This document shows positions 25,461 to 37,973 of a DNA stretch of 64,000 nt, piece after piece; the stretch's first letter is position 1, and every line of letters begins with the position of its first letter. Origin of the DNA: Adineta vaga (taxonomy: Eukaryota; Animalia; Rotifera). Position numbers and translations under genes: made by a program. The DNA lies in contig CP075492.1 in NCBI GenBank assembly GCA_021613535.1, positions 19,220,001-19,284,000 on the forward strand. The letters run 5' to 3'. The notes beneath the pieces were generated by a model. The model was not told the DNA's origin. It searched no databases and was given only the letters and a program-made list of their open reading frames with translations.

Positions 25461-26570
25461 TTAGCGATTATATAAATACAAAATATGTCTCTCATTTTCA
25501 GTGTTATACTCATATTTGTCGCAGAAAAAGTCGGTACCAGGCAGTAACAGAAATTCCTCTTCCTCAGGAAAACTAGAGTAGTATGAAATATCTGCTCCGA
25601 GTTTTGGTCTTAACAAACCACGATTAACGTCAATATTCAGAATAAGAAGAGTATTGCCAAACCACTCTGCTAATGTTCGATTTCTACTAGTTGATGTGAA
25701 CGATTCGAATCTTATGTAATCATCTATGAACTTCTGACGTTGCTCATTTGTAAGATTAACACCACGATAAACTGTTATATATTCGTTCACACCAAATTCT
25801 ATTACAGAATTTATGAGTAGAAGGCAGAATGGTCCGTATGTTTTGATTTTTTCACGAGTGGCTAGTGTCCACTCACGAAGAACATGATTAAATCGTTGAT
25901 ACCAGAATGAGTCTAACGTATACAGATAAATGCATGTTTGACTTATAGCATATGGAATTTCTTGAGATCTAAGAGATGCTCCAAAGTTATCACCTAGTCG
26001 CTTTACTGCCATGAGTTTTGCAGCTAGCCATTCTGCTTGATGTGGCTTACCTACTAATCTTCCTTCTTTTAGTATTCCACCAGCAGATTCTTCGATCACA
26101 TCAGCAATTGTTTTTCCTTTATCCATAACTTCATTATAAAAATAGCTGTAGCAAAAAGATTTTTGAAGAACCGGAAGTTCATCACTATCTACTATCTTTT
26201 GGTTTTCTGTTTCGGAAGAAGTTATTGCCAAACGTGTTGAAAATCTTTCTTCTCGTAAATGAATCTTATCATTAATTCTGGTCAGTTGAGTACGTTTGAT
26301 AGAACATCGATTCTTCTCGTTACCTTTTTGATATTGTATTTGTAGTGTAAAATTTATAATGATGTCATCATCGATTTCCACATCTGACTTCGTCTTAGTG
26401 TATGCATCTTCTATAATTTCATTGTCAATATTACTGTACTGTTGCCATTGGTCTTCACTGTCAAATTGCGAATTATCAGCCGATTTGAATTGCCATGCAA
26501 AATTTCGTGGACGAAGAAGCATTGGTATAAAAGATTCATTATCAGTAGAAGACGGCGAAATAGATGCCAT
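25461..26570 (-). CDS. WWE-domain mono-ADP-ribosyltransferase (R-S-E / cholera-toxin-like clade)
   Basis: WWE-like region WQF...WQQYSNIDNEIIEDAY...IINFTLQIQ...IKR; catalytic motifs VYRG, FTSTS and FPEEEEFLL. Confidence 0.85.
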   Translation of the reverse strand: MASISPSSTDNESFIPMLLRPRNFAWQFKSADNSQFDSEDQWQQYSNIDNEIIEDAYTKTKSDVEIDDDIIINFTLQIQYQKGNEKNRCSIKRTQLTRINDKIHLREERFSTRLAITSSETENQKIVDSDELPVLQKSFCYSYFYNEVMDKGKTIADVIEESAGGILKEGRLVGKPHQAEWLAAKLMAVKRLGDNFGASLRSQEIPYAISQTCIYLYTLDSFWYQRFNHVLREWTLATREKIKTYGPFCLLLINSVIEFGVNEYITVYRGVNLTNEQRQKFIDDYIRFESFTSTSRNRTLAEWFGNTLLILNIDVNRGLLRPKLGADISYYSSFPEEEEFLLLPGTDFFCDKYEYNTENERHILYLYNR

Positions 26571-27146
26571 TTTTTGAAGCAAAACAATCTGCACTGTGTT
26601 CTTTCAAATATGTAGATGATTTCTTTCTGTTCTTTATTTGTTTCTACTTCCACATTATACCTTTTTAACAAAAAGAAATAACAGTTATCTTTTAGTTTTT
26701 TAAAGTAGTGAAATCTTTTACACGTGTACTCTTATCTATCGTCTTTCTCGTTTTGTTGACGTACTTAATACTGTTTAAGATGTTAAAAAAATTCTCTATA
26801 TAATTCATATCTAACACAAAAGGAAAACTATAAAAGTTTGACTTGTCTAGTGGTACGAGTGTCATAAATTGATCTACAATATCAAGAACACAGCATTAAT
26901 AATTCTTTTCTGTTCTACGGCTATAAATAAAATATCTTTATGTTTTAATTTCGTTTTCATCAGAGGCATAAAAAGTGGTAAATATGAAAGATAAGACAAG
27001 TGGATTACTGTCACGATGCAGCAATCAACATCCCTTATTTTTATAGATAAAAAAAAATAGAATTATTTCTTCTCGATTTTATTAGGTTTTATCTTTCGTA
27101 TTTAAGGTTTTTCTAGAGACTAATGGAACAATTATAAATACTTAAA

Positions 27147-27438
27147 ATGCTTTGAACGAAAATTGTTCGAACGACTGTTGGTCGAAGCGGTGGTAGTACA
27201 AGTCATCATGATCAAATATGAATACTAGCAGTTATTTTAACGTGTATTGCACCTCTGTTTCATATCATTAGTGTTACTACACCTGGCTGGGGTGGAAGAA
27301 GTTTAGTAAAAAATTGTGGAAATTGTCTTAGCACTACTGTTCTATCTTTCATAGCAATGTCTCTTATTTTATTGGGAATTGTCATCATAATATTTTTCGC
27401 ATTACGATTAATAATAAGTTTTTCAAATATGATCAAAA
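27147..27438 (+). pseudogene. Claudin/PMP22-like membrane protein fragment truncated by the telomere-like tract
   Basis: ILAVILTCIAPLFHIISVTTPGW...CGNC...LSFIAMSLILLGIVIIIFF with upstream stops; the frame runs directly into (GGGTGT)n. Confidence 0.55.
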
Positions 27439-27603
27439 GGGTGTGGGTGTGGGTGTGGGTGTGGGTGCGGGTGTGGGTGTGGGTGTGGGTGTGGGTGCGG
27501 GTGTGGTGTGGGTGTGGGTCGCTAGGGTGTGGGTGTGGATGTGGGTGGCTAGGGTGTGGGCGAAGAAATAATATTCACACCCACACCCACACCCTCAAGA
27601 TGG
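27439..27603. repeat. Longest family member: ~120-bp (GGGTGT)n tract, a spacer, then CACACCCACACCCACACCCTCAAGATGG
   Basis: About 19 mostly perfect hexamer units in head-to-head orientation with the C-rich arm. Confidence 0.95.
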
Positions 27604-28529
27604 TTTATGATAAGTTTTTCTAAGTCTGTTATTAGATTGTTGGGAGTCGCTGTAGATATAAAAGAATTCTTCGAAATATTTTCACGGTTGTGGAAACTTT
27701 CCCTTTTTGCGGTAGATTCTGCATCTCTGTTTCTTTCCTACATATAATCTATATAAATTCAAGTAAGAAAATCGATTGTCAAGTATTCTACTAAATATTT
27801 ATTATAATCATTGTCCCATTCGAATATCGATTTCGAATTACGTTATTGCTTCATCTGTATAGTAGAAATTCTACTTATTCTTCTTTTTTTACCAGTAAAA
27901 GACTTTCTTTTTTATTTTTCTTTGTGTTAATAGAGTTTTGAATTAATACATATCATAGTGCCACACAGCAAATCGAAAGAATCATGTTTGGAGTCCTTTT
28001 TGGAACGTTTAAGTTTATCGTGCTTAAGATTAGTAGTTTTTATTTGTATACCAATTCTGTATACTATACAATATTGCTTACTGAAATAATAATAGTAAGT
28101 CATCGTTTGAATATTCTTCCGTCACACATTTTGTGTTTGTGATTTGTAATATGAAAAATTCAAAATAGATTATCTTTTTAAAGTAGAATTATTGTATTTT
28201 CTGTAAAACGATTTGTAGAATTTTCCGATTCGACGATGACAGAAACATTTTGTCATCCTATACTTTATAATTGTGCTTTTTGGATACTTATAATCTATTA
28301 TGGTATTTTTGCTATTCTTCTTCTCATTTGTTTCGTTTATATAAAAAAAAAAGTCTTGAAGACTAAACAACATTGTATTTCTAATAAAAGAATCGATATC
28401 TATGTATACTCTCATGCTGCGACATCTTCTTTCCTCTTTAATGATTGAGTGTCTTGATAATCGAACAAATACAAAAAAAAGAACAAAAAAAACAAGAATA
28501 ATACTTTTAATCATCACTACTTCAACCAT

Positions 28530-29567
28530 ATGACATCAGATTCATTGAAAAATATTGAAAATCTCGTTATAAATACATTTAAAAATGCACTGATAAACGG
28601 TGATATAACTTTCGAAGGATTTAAAACTGTCGAGCAATTGATCGATGGATGTTCAGTAAATACTTTCTTTCGTAAAAAAAAGCCTTTTAGCTCACCTATA
28701 TCTATCGTTTAGTATCAGATCAGATATGTTCCAAATATAAGAAAAAAACCTGAAAAAGATGATGTTGCAAAAATTGACAAAGATTCACTTGCTCCTCCAT
28801 ATGGACACAATCTTCAGGTATGTGATATACCAAATTATGGATTAAATCAAACAACATACGTTATTTTGCTCAATAAATTTCCTGCAACAAAAAATCATTT
28901 TCTTCTTCTTCCACATGGTATATTAAAAAAAAACATCCATATGTTCTCTTCTCTATTCTTTTCAATAGATTTTACAAAACAATCTAATATTTTATCAGCT
29001 GATGATTTATCATTAATATATGAAATTCTTCAAAATTACAGAAGAACGAAAATCTTTGCTTTTCATAATTGTGGTGAAGATTCCGGTGCTAGTCAAAAAC
29101 ATAAACATATACAATTTTTTCCTGTCACAGAAAATGAACCTCCAATCGATGTTTATCTTCAAGAAGAAAATAATTACGATCGAGCTAATCAACTAATTCA
29201 AGTACCATGGGCTCATTTTGTTATTTCTCTTCATCCACCTGAACAATCAGATCAACTTGGAAATTATCTTATCGATAGATTTATTCAACTTTTAGATAAA
29301 ATGTTTAGTTTGAAAGAAGGAAAAGAATTTGATCGAGCAAAAGCTTCTTATAATGTTCTTATTACCAAGAAATATATGCATTTAATACCAAGATCAAAAG
29401 ACATATTTGTACTACCGAATGGTTCTCATAAATCAGTAGGTAGTACTGATTATGCCGGTATTCTCATTATTAAACAAGAAACTGATATAAAAGAATTAGA
29501 AAATGTTGGTGTTACAAACGTTCTTCTTGCAGTTGGACGAAAGAAAGATGAAAACAATGAGGAATAA
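28530..29567 (+). CDS. ATP adenylyltransferase / Ap4A phosphorylase (yeast Apa1/Apa2-like), 3 exons
   Basis: LNKFP, FAFHNCGEDSGASQKHKHIQF (HxHxQ) and YNVLIT..MHLIPRS motifs; introns 28656-28712 and 28918-28968. Confidence 0.85.
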
Positions 29568-29584
29568 TTTCTCTTTTATTTCAT

Positions 29585-29644
29585 AGAGAGGATGTGGGTG
29601 GGTGAGAGAAAATAATTATATACCCACACTCATTCTCACTCCAC
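29585..29644. repeat. Degenerate telomere-like palindrome
   Basis: GAGGATGTGGGTGGGTGAGAG...ACCCACACTCATTCTCAC; about 18 bp after the stop codon. Confidence 0.7.
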
Positions 29645-29779
29645 AATATGTCACTGTTTCTAGAACAAGGTTAGCTTTTTATTGTCCACTTTCTTTTCGA
29701 AAAAAAGGAAACATCGTGCTAATTGTTTCGTTCGTAAATTAAATATCAAAACAATATAAATGATTCATAATTACAGAAA

Positions 29780-29840
29780 CTTGAGGGTGTGGGTGGGTGT
29801 GGGTGTCTTCTATCTTTCATCACTCACACCAACCCTCAAC
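29780..29840. repeat. Telomere-like palindrome
   Basis: CTTGAGGGTGTGGGTGGGTGTGGGTG...CACTCACACCAACCCTCAA. Confidence 0.85.
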
Positions 29841-30210
29841 ATTGAAGAAATTCTTAGTATTGTTCGTGATGATCCTCACGTTACAATAGAAGAATTACAA
29901 GAGTATACTGATCTAAGTTATGGCATCGTTCATAGAATATTATCTGATCATCTGAAACTTAGAAAAATTACTATTCGCTATATATCCAAACAGCTAACGG
30001 GTCATCAACGAAATGAACGAGTTCGAATATCTAAAAACAATTTGTCAAAAGTTTCAGAAGGAGGATGGCGTTTGTCTGACGTAATAACAGGTGATGAATC
30101 GTGATTTTTCCATCAGCAAACTGGTCGAAAAGTTTTCAATGTTGCTGCCTGGGTGGCAAAAGATGATCCCCCCCCCCCCCAGAATAGTGCAAAGAAATAA
30201 GTTTGCTTCG
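29838..30210 (+). pseudogene. Internal mariner transposase fragment
   Basis: NIEEILSIVRDDPHVTIEEL...VHRILSDHLKLRK...VITGDES*; the 5' end starts at the palindrome; no TIRs. Confidence 0.8.
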
Positions 30211-30415
30211 ATGTTTCAGAATATTTTGATTAGAAAAACCAATACTCTTCCTTAACGTTTTCTCTAGATACACATTATTAAATATATTTATTTTGAAAAA
30301 CACTTGATTAATGCAAACTGATTAAATATTATCTTTAAAAATATGTCATAATAGATTATTTTTGATGATGAAAAAAATGATACATAAGTAAGAACAGATT
30401 AGTAATACTTGTTTA

Positions 30416-30466
30416 AGAGAGAGGGTGTGGGTCTCTTTTATATACAGAAACCAACACTCACACCCT
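30416..30466. repeat. Degenerate telomere-like palindrome
   Basis: GAGGGTGTGGGT...ACCAACACTCACACCCT. Confidence 0.7.
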
Positions 30467-30834
30467 TTTTTATATTTTCATCGTTTGATCTTTGTTTTCT
30501 TTATTAATTTTCTTGATAAAATAAGTCACTTTTTTTTTCAAAAATGAACAATTATGAACGTCATTTTTGACGAGGACACTTATGAATATGTCAGTTTGAT
30601 TATCCTTTATGTCTCTTAATATAAAATACATTTGAATAAAACTGAGAGTTTGTTTAATTTGAAAATGATTAAACTTTGAGTTAAAACATCACATATTTAA
30701 TTATTTTTTCTGTTTACTTTTTTCTTTCTATGTAATTATATCATAAGTTATTTCATTCTGCAAATTTATTATATTTAAATCATCTTTCTTTTTCCAAAGA
30801 TATTCCACAAAATAATTTATCATTTATTCGCAGA

Positions 30835-31922
30835 ATGTCATCATCAAATACAAGTATTACAGAAGCTATGATTATTAGACAAAATACTATTGTATTTATA
30901 CGAGTTTGGTCTTATTTAATGATCATTTTCGGTACTTTTGGTCATATATCAAACATTTATGTATTTACACGTCCATCACTTCGTTCGAATTCATGTTCAT
31001 GGTACTTTTTAGCAGCAACAATTAGTGGTCTTTGTGTTGTTATCATTAGTACACCTTTGAGATTATTATCATTTGGATATTCTATAGATTATTTTAGTAG
31101 TTCAGTAGCAGCATGCAAAATTCTTACATTCATAGTCATGTGGGTTAGGTATTTAGATAGATGTTTTTTTATTATAAAACATCCATTATTTCTTTTACAC
31201 ATTTTTCTAGAGCGCAATATGCATGGTTTATTACTTTGGCCTGTATTGATAGGTAAGTAATGATATCTTTTTTGTAGGTAAATATGAAAAACTAAAAATT
31301 TAATAATTAATATTTTAGATTTCTATGTAGTTCATCTTCTGTTAAATTACGTGTTTTGAGTACTGTTCGTTTTGCATCTTATAGTATTCCTCTTGCATTT
31401 TTAACAGTTGGTCTCACTTTTTTTCATATACTACTCTATTATGAAATTACTTTTCCTAAACAAATGTGTTCTGCAATACGAGGCATTTATCAAGCATTTA
31501 TTGGTATATGGACTTTAATTGCATATAGTATAGGTCCACCAATTGTTATGCTTTATTTTGGTCTTGGTACAATTCAACATATTCGACAATCGATTCGACG
31601 TTCTGGAATAAATCCTAATCCAATTTTAAACCAAAATCAACAACAACGTCCTAAAAGAACAGATCGTCAATTAATGCAAATGATGTTTGTTCAATGTATT
31701 ATATTCATTTTAACAGCAAGTCTTCCCGCTATTCAATATATTTATTCATCAATTCGATCAAATCTAATGATTGATGATCTTCAATCAGCTAAAGATAGTG
31801 CATTTACTTATTGTTCTGGATTTATTTCTCTTACAGTTCCTTGTTTAAGCTTTTATCTTTTTACTCTATCAAGTAAATTATTTCGTTCTGAATTTATGAA
31901 ATTATTCCTTCGAAAACAATAA
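30835..31922 (+). CDS. Class A (rhodopsin-like) GPCR, 3 exons
   Basis: GTFGHISNIYVF, ACIDR|F (DRY-like, split by an intron), SFYLFTLSSKLFR; seven hydrophobic segments. Confidence 0.85.
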
Positions 31923-32077
31923 AATGGAAATCCGTCTACTCTATGGTATTAGTTTATCACGAAAAAACTAATTGATGACTTTACTTTCTAAAATATATCT
32001 TTAATTTTACCCTATTCTCCTATATCTGTGTTTGAATAAAAACTAATAGTTTTTTTCTATTGAACACTCAGAACAAA

Positions 32078-32137
32078 ACTTGAGGGTGTGAGTGTGAGTA
32101 TATCTTCTTCACCCAAACTCACACCCACCCTCAAGAT
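32078..32137. repeat. Telomere-like palindrome
   Basis: CTTGAGGGTGTGAGTGTGAGT...ACTCACACCCACCCTCAAGAT. Confidence 0.9.
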
Positions 32138-32332
32138 GTAATCTTGAATTTACAATGAATTTTCCACCTTTTATTTCGCAATGACGATTTTATGCGTCAC
32201 TTTTATTTCGATAATGTTTCATTCATAAAAAGAAAGAAATATTTTGCAATAACATTATCATATAGGTTAAATACAGAGTGCAATCGTTACAATATATTAC
32301 ATTTTCGCGAGTTAAATTTGATAGATATAACA

Positions 32333-33451
32333 ATGAGTCATCAATCGAAGAGATTTGTACCACCAACCAAAGAACAAAGAATTGAAGCTCTTGGTAAAAC
32401 CGATGAAGTTAGTATATGATTAAATGACAAGTATGAAAAAAATATGTTCATTTTTTTATGCAGTTAGATGAAGACATTCAACGTGCTCTAACGATCGCTA
32501 TCGATGAAAGTTTTTTACCAATGCCAATACCAACTAAAAATGATTGGTTAACTTCACATTACGAACCAGGACAAACAGTGAAACAGTTTGAAAGATTGAA
32601 AAAGCCTCAAGCATGTTCCACGTTAGTAAATATTCATTTTTCTTTCGAAATAAACAAATGATTTCATTTTGAAATAGATGTAACATTCTCTACATTCAAC
32701 CATTTGGAGATTTCAATGGACCAAGGTAAACGATCAACTTCGATAGATGATAATCTTATTCGAAAGTTTATTTAGATCGCCTAATTTGAATATCATTTGT
32801 GAATTTTCTCATATATTTTTTCCTGGATGTCAAACGGAAATATTACCATCGATTAGTTTGAATGATAAAATGAAAAAACGTATTAATCGACAAACTAAAC
32901 AACCACAATATTTAGTGTCGAATTTTATTAATCATTTGGAAAAGATGCAACAAAAACGACATAATCGTCATGAATTATTTTCTATTGGTGTAACTATGGT
33001 TGATATTTATCCAGATTCAGATTGGAATTTTGTTTATGGTCAAGCTTCAGTTGATGAAGGACTCGCTGTTTACTCATTTGCTCGTTTCGATCCATTATTT
33101 CCTAATTCATCATTAAAACCATGTACGGGTGAAGAACAAATATTGATTCTGAAACGAGCTGTTAGTACTTATGTACATGAAGTTATGCATCTATTTGGAT
33201 TTGAACATTGTATTTATTATCTTTGTTTAATGAATGGAACTAATTGTGAAGAAGAAATGGATGGACAATTGATATATCTTTGTCCAATATGTTTGAGAAA
33301 AATGTATAGTATATTTCAAAAAGATGATTTTAATGTTATACAAATGTATGAAAATTTATTCGAATTATCGGAAAAGATTGGATTTGAAGAAGAAGCAAAT
33401 TGGTATGAAAGTAGACTGAAAATATTAAATGAAAATTCAGAAAATGTTTAG
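32333..33451 (+). CDS. Archaemetzincin (peptidase M54, AMZ2-like), 4 exons
   Basis: HEVMHLFGFEHCIYYLCLMN...LCPIC zinc motifs, DIYP..WNFVYGQA, YIQPFG; short introns. Confidence 0.9.
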
Positions 33452-34764
33452 AATTTTCTTTTCGAATTGTTTCTTATTCATGATTTTAAAATAAAGCTAA
33501 CTGAACAGGAGATTTATTGAAAAAGAGAAATATTGAAGGGAATGTAAGGCATATGGTATACTTTATAAGTTAATGAGGTCATAGGATTTTAGTACATTGA
33601 CATTTCCTCGAGAACTTTCGTCCGAACATCTTTTACTTACAGACTAGCAGATCGCACGAAATTAGCCTTCCATCGTTCTGTGTATACTTGCTTCGAATAG
33701 TTTATGGATTTTTAATGGACTATTTACAGATTATGAGATGTCACATTTGGAGAATAGCATCGTTAGATATTGGCTATGAGGTATCGCATGAGATAACTCC
33801 TCAATGTACTATTATATTATGATAATTGTCAACGCTAGTCATTATTTGTAAAATTATAGCAGCATTCGTTACTTCATGTATTGAGATGAATCTTATTACA
33901 TATTGAAAAATTTGTTCTAGATATCTTACGGTCGTGTTTAAACGATTTTGGAAGAGGACTACGCAGAAAACCATGTCAAGGATTTATTTTCGAATTATTT
34001 GTTGCATCCACTAATCAAAACTTTGATCAAGAAATAATAGCTCTTTCCTATAAATCAACTCTGTAGAAGAACGTTCATTAAATATCGCTTTTAAGATTCT
34101 TAGTGCTAGAATATTTTCGATAGTAAAATGACCCTCATTGTACAAAAGAACTTCTACAATGTATACCTGGAGACGTTCCTCTTTAAGCTTCATTGTTGAA
34201 CGAACAGGAACTAAACAAAGATACATGACTGATAGCAAGTCAAAATAAATGCGAAAACCTCGGATTTACATCCGAGTGTTATGTGTACTTCAAAAAGTAA
34301 CATAGAGTATTCATTTTGTTTTTAATAGTATTATGATTATTTAACTTAAGTACGGAATAATATCTTTTTTAAACCTAAAAGATTCGTTTTTACTAGAATA
34401 TATTGGATTCATATTAATATTATTAATTAAAAATTGTATCATATTTTGAATCAAATGATACAATTCAATGTTTATATAATAAAAAACATGACAATATTTG
34501 TCTTGCAAGACTGATAATAAATAGTTCTTTTTTCTTATTTTGTTTAACAATTGACTAAATAAAACTTGACTAAACTAATATTGATGATAATATTTCTCTA
34601 TTAGTTATTCATGAATAAATATTTTGATTTTCTCGATCAAAAGCAGAACTAATTACATGGTAATAAAGCATTGAAATGAAATTGATCATAGGAATTACAA
34701 ACCGTACTCGTATTAAATTTAAAGGCACGAATATTCTCATTTAGCAGCTGAGTAGAAGGCGTGA

Positions 34765-35835
34765 ATGATTATAACTGAAAACATTTTATACCATAATAAA
34801 TTACTTGTAGGATGGACTATTGTTACTAGCATGAATATTGCAAGAAGATATCATACAGCAACCTTATTAACAAATCGAAAAGTGTTAGTTACTGGTGGAT
34901 TGAACGGAAGTAGCAGCATAAGCAGTGCTGAATTGTATGATCCGTCATCAAATGCTTGGAACATTATTCCTAATATGCATAGTGCTCGATATTATCATAC
35001 AGCAATCTTGTTAACAAATGGAAAAGTGTTAGTTAATGGTGGACAAGACGGTAGTAACAACAGCACAAACAGTGCTGAGTTATATGATCCATTATCAAAT
35101 ACTTGGACCACTATTCCTAGTATGAATAGTGCTCGATATTATCATACAGCAACCTTGTTAGCAAATAGAAATGTGTTAGTTACTGGTGGATCGAACGGTA
35201 CTCGTGCCACCAACAGTGCTGAAATATATAATTCATCATTAAATACTTGGACCACTATTCGCAGTATGAATCAGTCGCGACAGGGTCACAAAGCAACATT
35301 ATTATCAAATGGAAACGTGTTAGTTACCAGCCAGATTGCTGACAATACAGGCACTGCTGAATTGTATGATTCATCGTCAAATATTTGGACCAAAGTTCCT
35401 AGCATGAATACTACTCGATATTATCATACAGCAACTTTATTAAAAAATGGAAACGTTTTGGTTTCTGGTGGATGGGGTATCACCCTCAACAGTGCAGAAT
35501 TGTACGATCCAGTGCTAAATAAGTGGACCATCGCTGCGAGCATGAATCAATCACGACTTTATCACACAGCAACCTTATTAACCAATGGAAAAGTCTTAAT
35601 TGCTGGTGGATGGGAAGGTGAGATATACACGATTATTGCTGAATTATATGATCCATTATTAAACAGTTGGATTCCTATTAGTAGGATGAATAAGCCACGA
35701 CAAGATCATGAAGCTACATTACTATCAAATGGAAATGTTTTAGTTACTGGTGGATTGTATAACAATAATTGTTTGAACAGTGTTGAATTGTATCATCCGT
35801 CATTAAATACTTCGATGACTATTAGCAGAAAGTAA
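34765..35835 (+). CDS. Kelch-repeat beta-propeller protein (upstream exon unresolved)
   Basis: About 7 repeats of MNxARxxHTATLLxNGKVLVxGG...SAELYDP...W. Confidence 0.8.
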   Translation: MIITENILYHNKLLVGWTIVTSMNIARRYHTATLLTNRKVLVTGGLNGSSSISSAELYDPSSNAWNIIPNMHSARYYHTAILLTNGKVLVNGGQDGSNNSTNSAELYDPLSNTWTTIPSMNSARYYHTATLLANRNVLVTGGSNGTRATNSAEIYNSSLNTWTTIRSMNQSRQGHKATLLSNGNVLVTSQIADNTGTAELYDSSSNIWTKVPSMNTTRYYHTATLLKNGNVLVSGGWGITLNSAELYDPVLNKWTIAASMNQSRLYHTATLLTNGKVLIAGGWEGEIYTIIAELYDPLLNSWIPISRMNKPRQDHEATLLSNGNVLVTGGLYNNNCLNSVELYHPSLNTSMTISRK

Positions 35836-35950
35836 ATCAATTAACTACGAACTAAATCTATCTCTTGACAAAATGACATGCTTAACCCGTTATTCTGTAT
35901 TCTATCAATTGGTTTTATGTAAAAGATTAAAAATAAAGTTACACGCTGTG

Positions 35951-36030
35951 CTGAGGAGTGCGAGTGAATCAAGTAGTACATCGTAATCTTGATCTTTCTT
36001 TTCTTTCACCCACGCCCACACCGTCAAGAT
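35951..36030. repeat. Telomere-like palindrome between convergent genes
   Basis: CTGAGGAGTGCGAGTG...CACCCACGCCCACACCGTCAAGAT; 12 bp from the stop at 36043. Confidence 0.75.
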
Positions 36031-36042
36031 GCACATATAATA

Positions 36043-37479
36043 TTAAGCTTCCATCATTTTGCGTATATTGTTTATGGTGCTATTACATAAAGTTTCCAAT
36101 ACACTTACAGAAATGATTGGAGAAGATCCATGATATACAATCGTTAATACTCCATTAACAGTGTATATCAACACAAATGGTATTGGTGATCGAATCATGC
36201 TACTAAATGGAGTCATCGCTTCTAAGTTCCATTTTCCGTACTTTTCGCGAAAAGGTAGAACACCCCAATTCGAAATTTCACAGGTCGGAAAGTTTTCAAG
36301 ATTGATTGAACCTATATTTCTCTGATAAAACATTCCCATAAATCTCCCAAGAACAAACATTTGACCAGCATCGATTGATGTCTTTAAATGATGTCCTATA
36401 GTTGTGGCAAGTTTCCACATATCTTTCAATGTTGCTGATATATCCCTTGTTGAATGTTTGAATGTAATAATTTCTGATACTTGATAACTTAGATCATGGT
36501 TAGGAACGGGTGGTATACATCGTCGACGAATATCAGCTGCAAATGCCAAAGTTAATTGTGTTGTTTGTTCGTTAGCCATACTTACTGACGTAGTAATGGC
36601 AGAGAGAATCGCACTACTAATAGCAGAAGTCATCGTTACACTTTCTGATCGACATTTCTCTAATAGCTTTTGTGTCTCTTCCTTGGTCAATGAATAAGAA
36701 GCAAATCCTGTGTAACTATATTTTGCCATATCATCCAATGAAAAATGAACATTGGCTAGAGGGACTCTTGTTATAGTTTGTGCGTTGATCGCACGTCGAT
36801 TCATAATTGTAAAGAAGAATTTACCATGTATGACTAGATTTGTCCATAGTGAAAGACTTCTTTGAATAGCAACTTCTATGGGTATTGGCCATTGCAACGA
36901 CTTGTCAAACATTTTTTCATTCTCATCGCTTAAAGCAATGAGAAGTTCATGAGCTAAAGTACTTAAAGATAAACCATCACTAATGCTGTGTTCACATATC
37001 AATACAATTTCTCTTGAACTATTTTCCATATCAACATGATCTGGATCCTAAATATATACAATATAGATTTTAAGAGATTAAATATTATGGTGTACCTGTA
37101 AAAGCCAAAATTCAGCAAGTCCCTCTCCGATGACTAACATATGTTTCTCATATTTGCGCCATTCTTCTCGCCAGAAGTATAAGTGACTATCATGTTTTCT
37201 TGGTATCTCTCGAATCTTGAGACGAAGTGTCTCATCTTCTTCCATCAAATATGTATCAGGTTTGGTAGGATTGATTTTTAGACGACTTCGTAGAAATGGA
37301 TGACGACGCTGAAGATGACTAATGACAGAAGCAAGTGTTTCTAGAGAAATGTATGGACCTTGTAAATGTAGAACTTGACCAAGTCTCATATATCCTTGAT
37401 GTTGTAATGAAGTTCTTATTAGAGCATTTTCTGCTGGACTAAGAAGTCGTTGTTTTATATTATTTACAGACAAATTCAT
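36043..37479 (-). CDS. Stand-alone condensation-domain / CoA-dependent acyltransferase (PapA5 / alcohol acetyltransferase-like), 2 exons
   Basis: LQRRHPFLRSR, CEHSISDGLS (HxxxDG) and ISNWG motifs; 48-nt intron 37048-37095. Confidence 0.8.
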
Positions 37480-37674
37480 AACTGTAATATTTGAAAAAAT
37501 TGAATTCAAATATGCTATTCATTTACGTACTTTTTCTTTATCAAAGAAAACTATCTATGTATGGTGGAGAGACTAAACCAATAGACATATTGAAAAGAAA
37601 GAGGTCAGTAATACTCACAGTGTATATCATATTAAACCGACTTTCAAATGTTTAAAAAGTCTTGATTTCTAGAT

Positions 37675-37735
37675 AGTGTGGGGGTGGGGGTGAGTATTAA
37701 ATATGGATATCGCTCTCACACCCACACCCTCAAGA
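37675..37735. repeat. Telomere-like palindrome
   Basis: GTGTGGGGGTGGGGGTGAG...CTCACACCCACACCCTCAAGAT. Confidence 0.85.
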
Positions 37736-37973
37736 TGTATTATTATTTTTCTTCTTCTTCTATCATATGGATGCATTTTTTCTTTTCTTTCTATACATAT
37801 GACGTTGGAATTTTCCTATAGTTCTCTTGGTTTTTTCCTTTTTTTCAATATATATATATATATATATATATGCTTCCTTCTTTCATTGATAATCATCTCG
37901 CGTAGTTCTAATACGTTCTCGGTGATTTATTTCTTTGTTTTTAGATTTTTACTACATCAAAATAAATCAGCCA

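Noticed and set aside
27357-27623. ORF encoding a VWVWVW repeat protein
   Set aside because: This is a translation of the (GGGTGT)n tract appended to a broken gene, not a credible protein.
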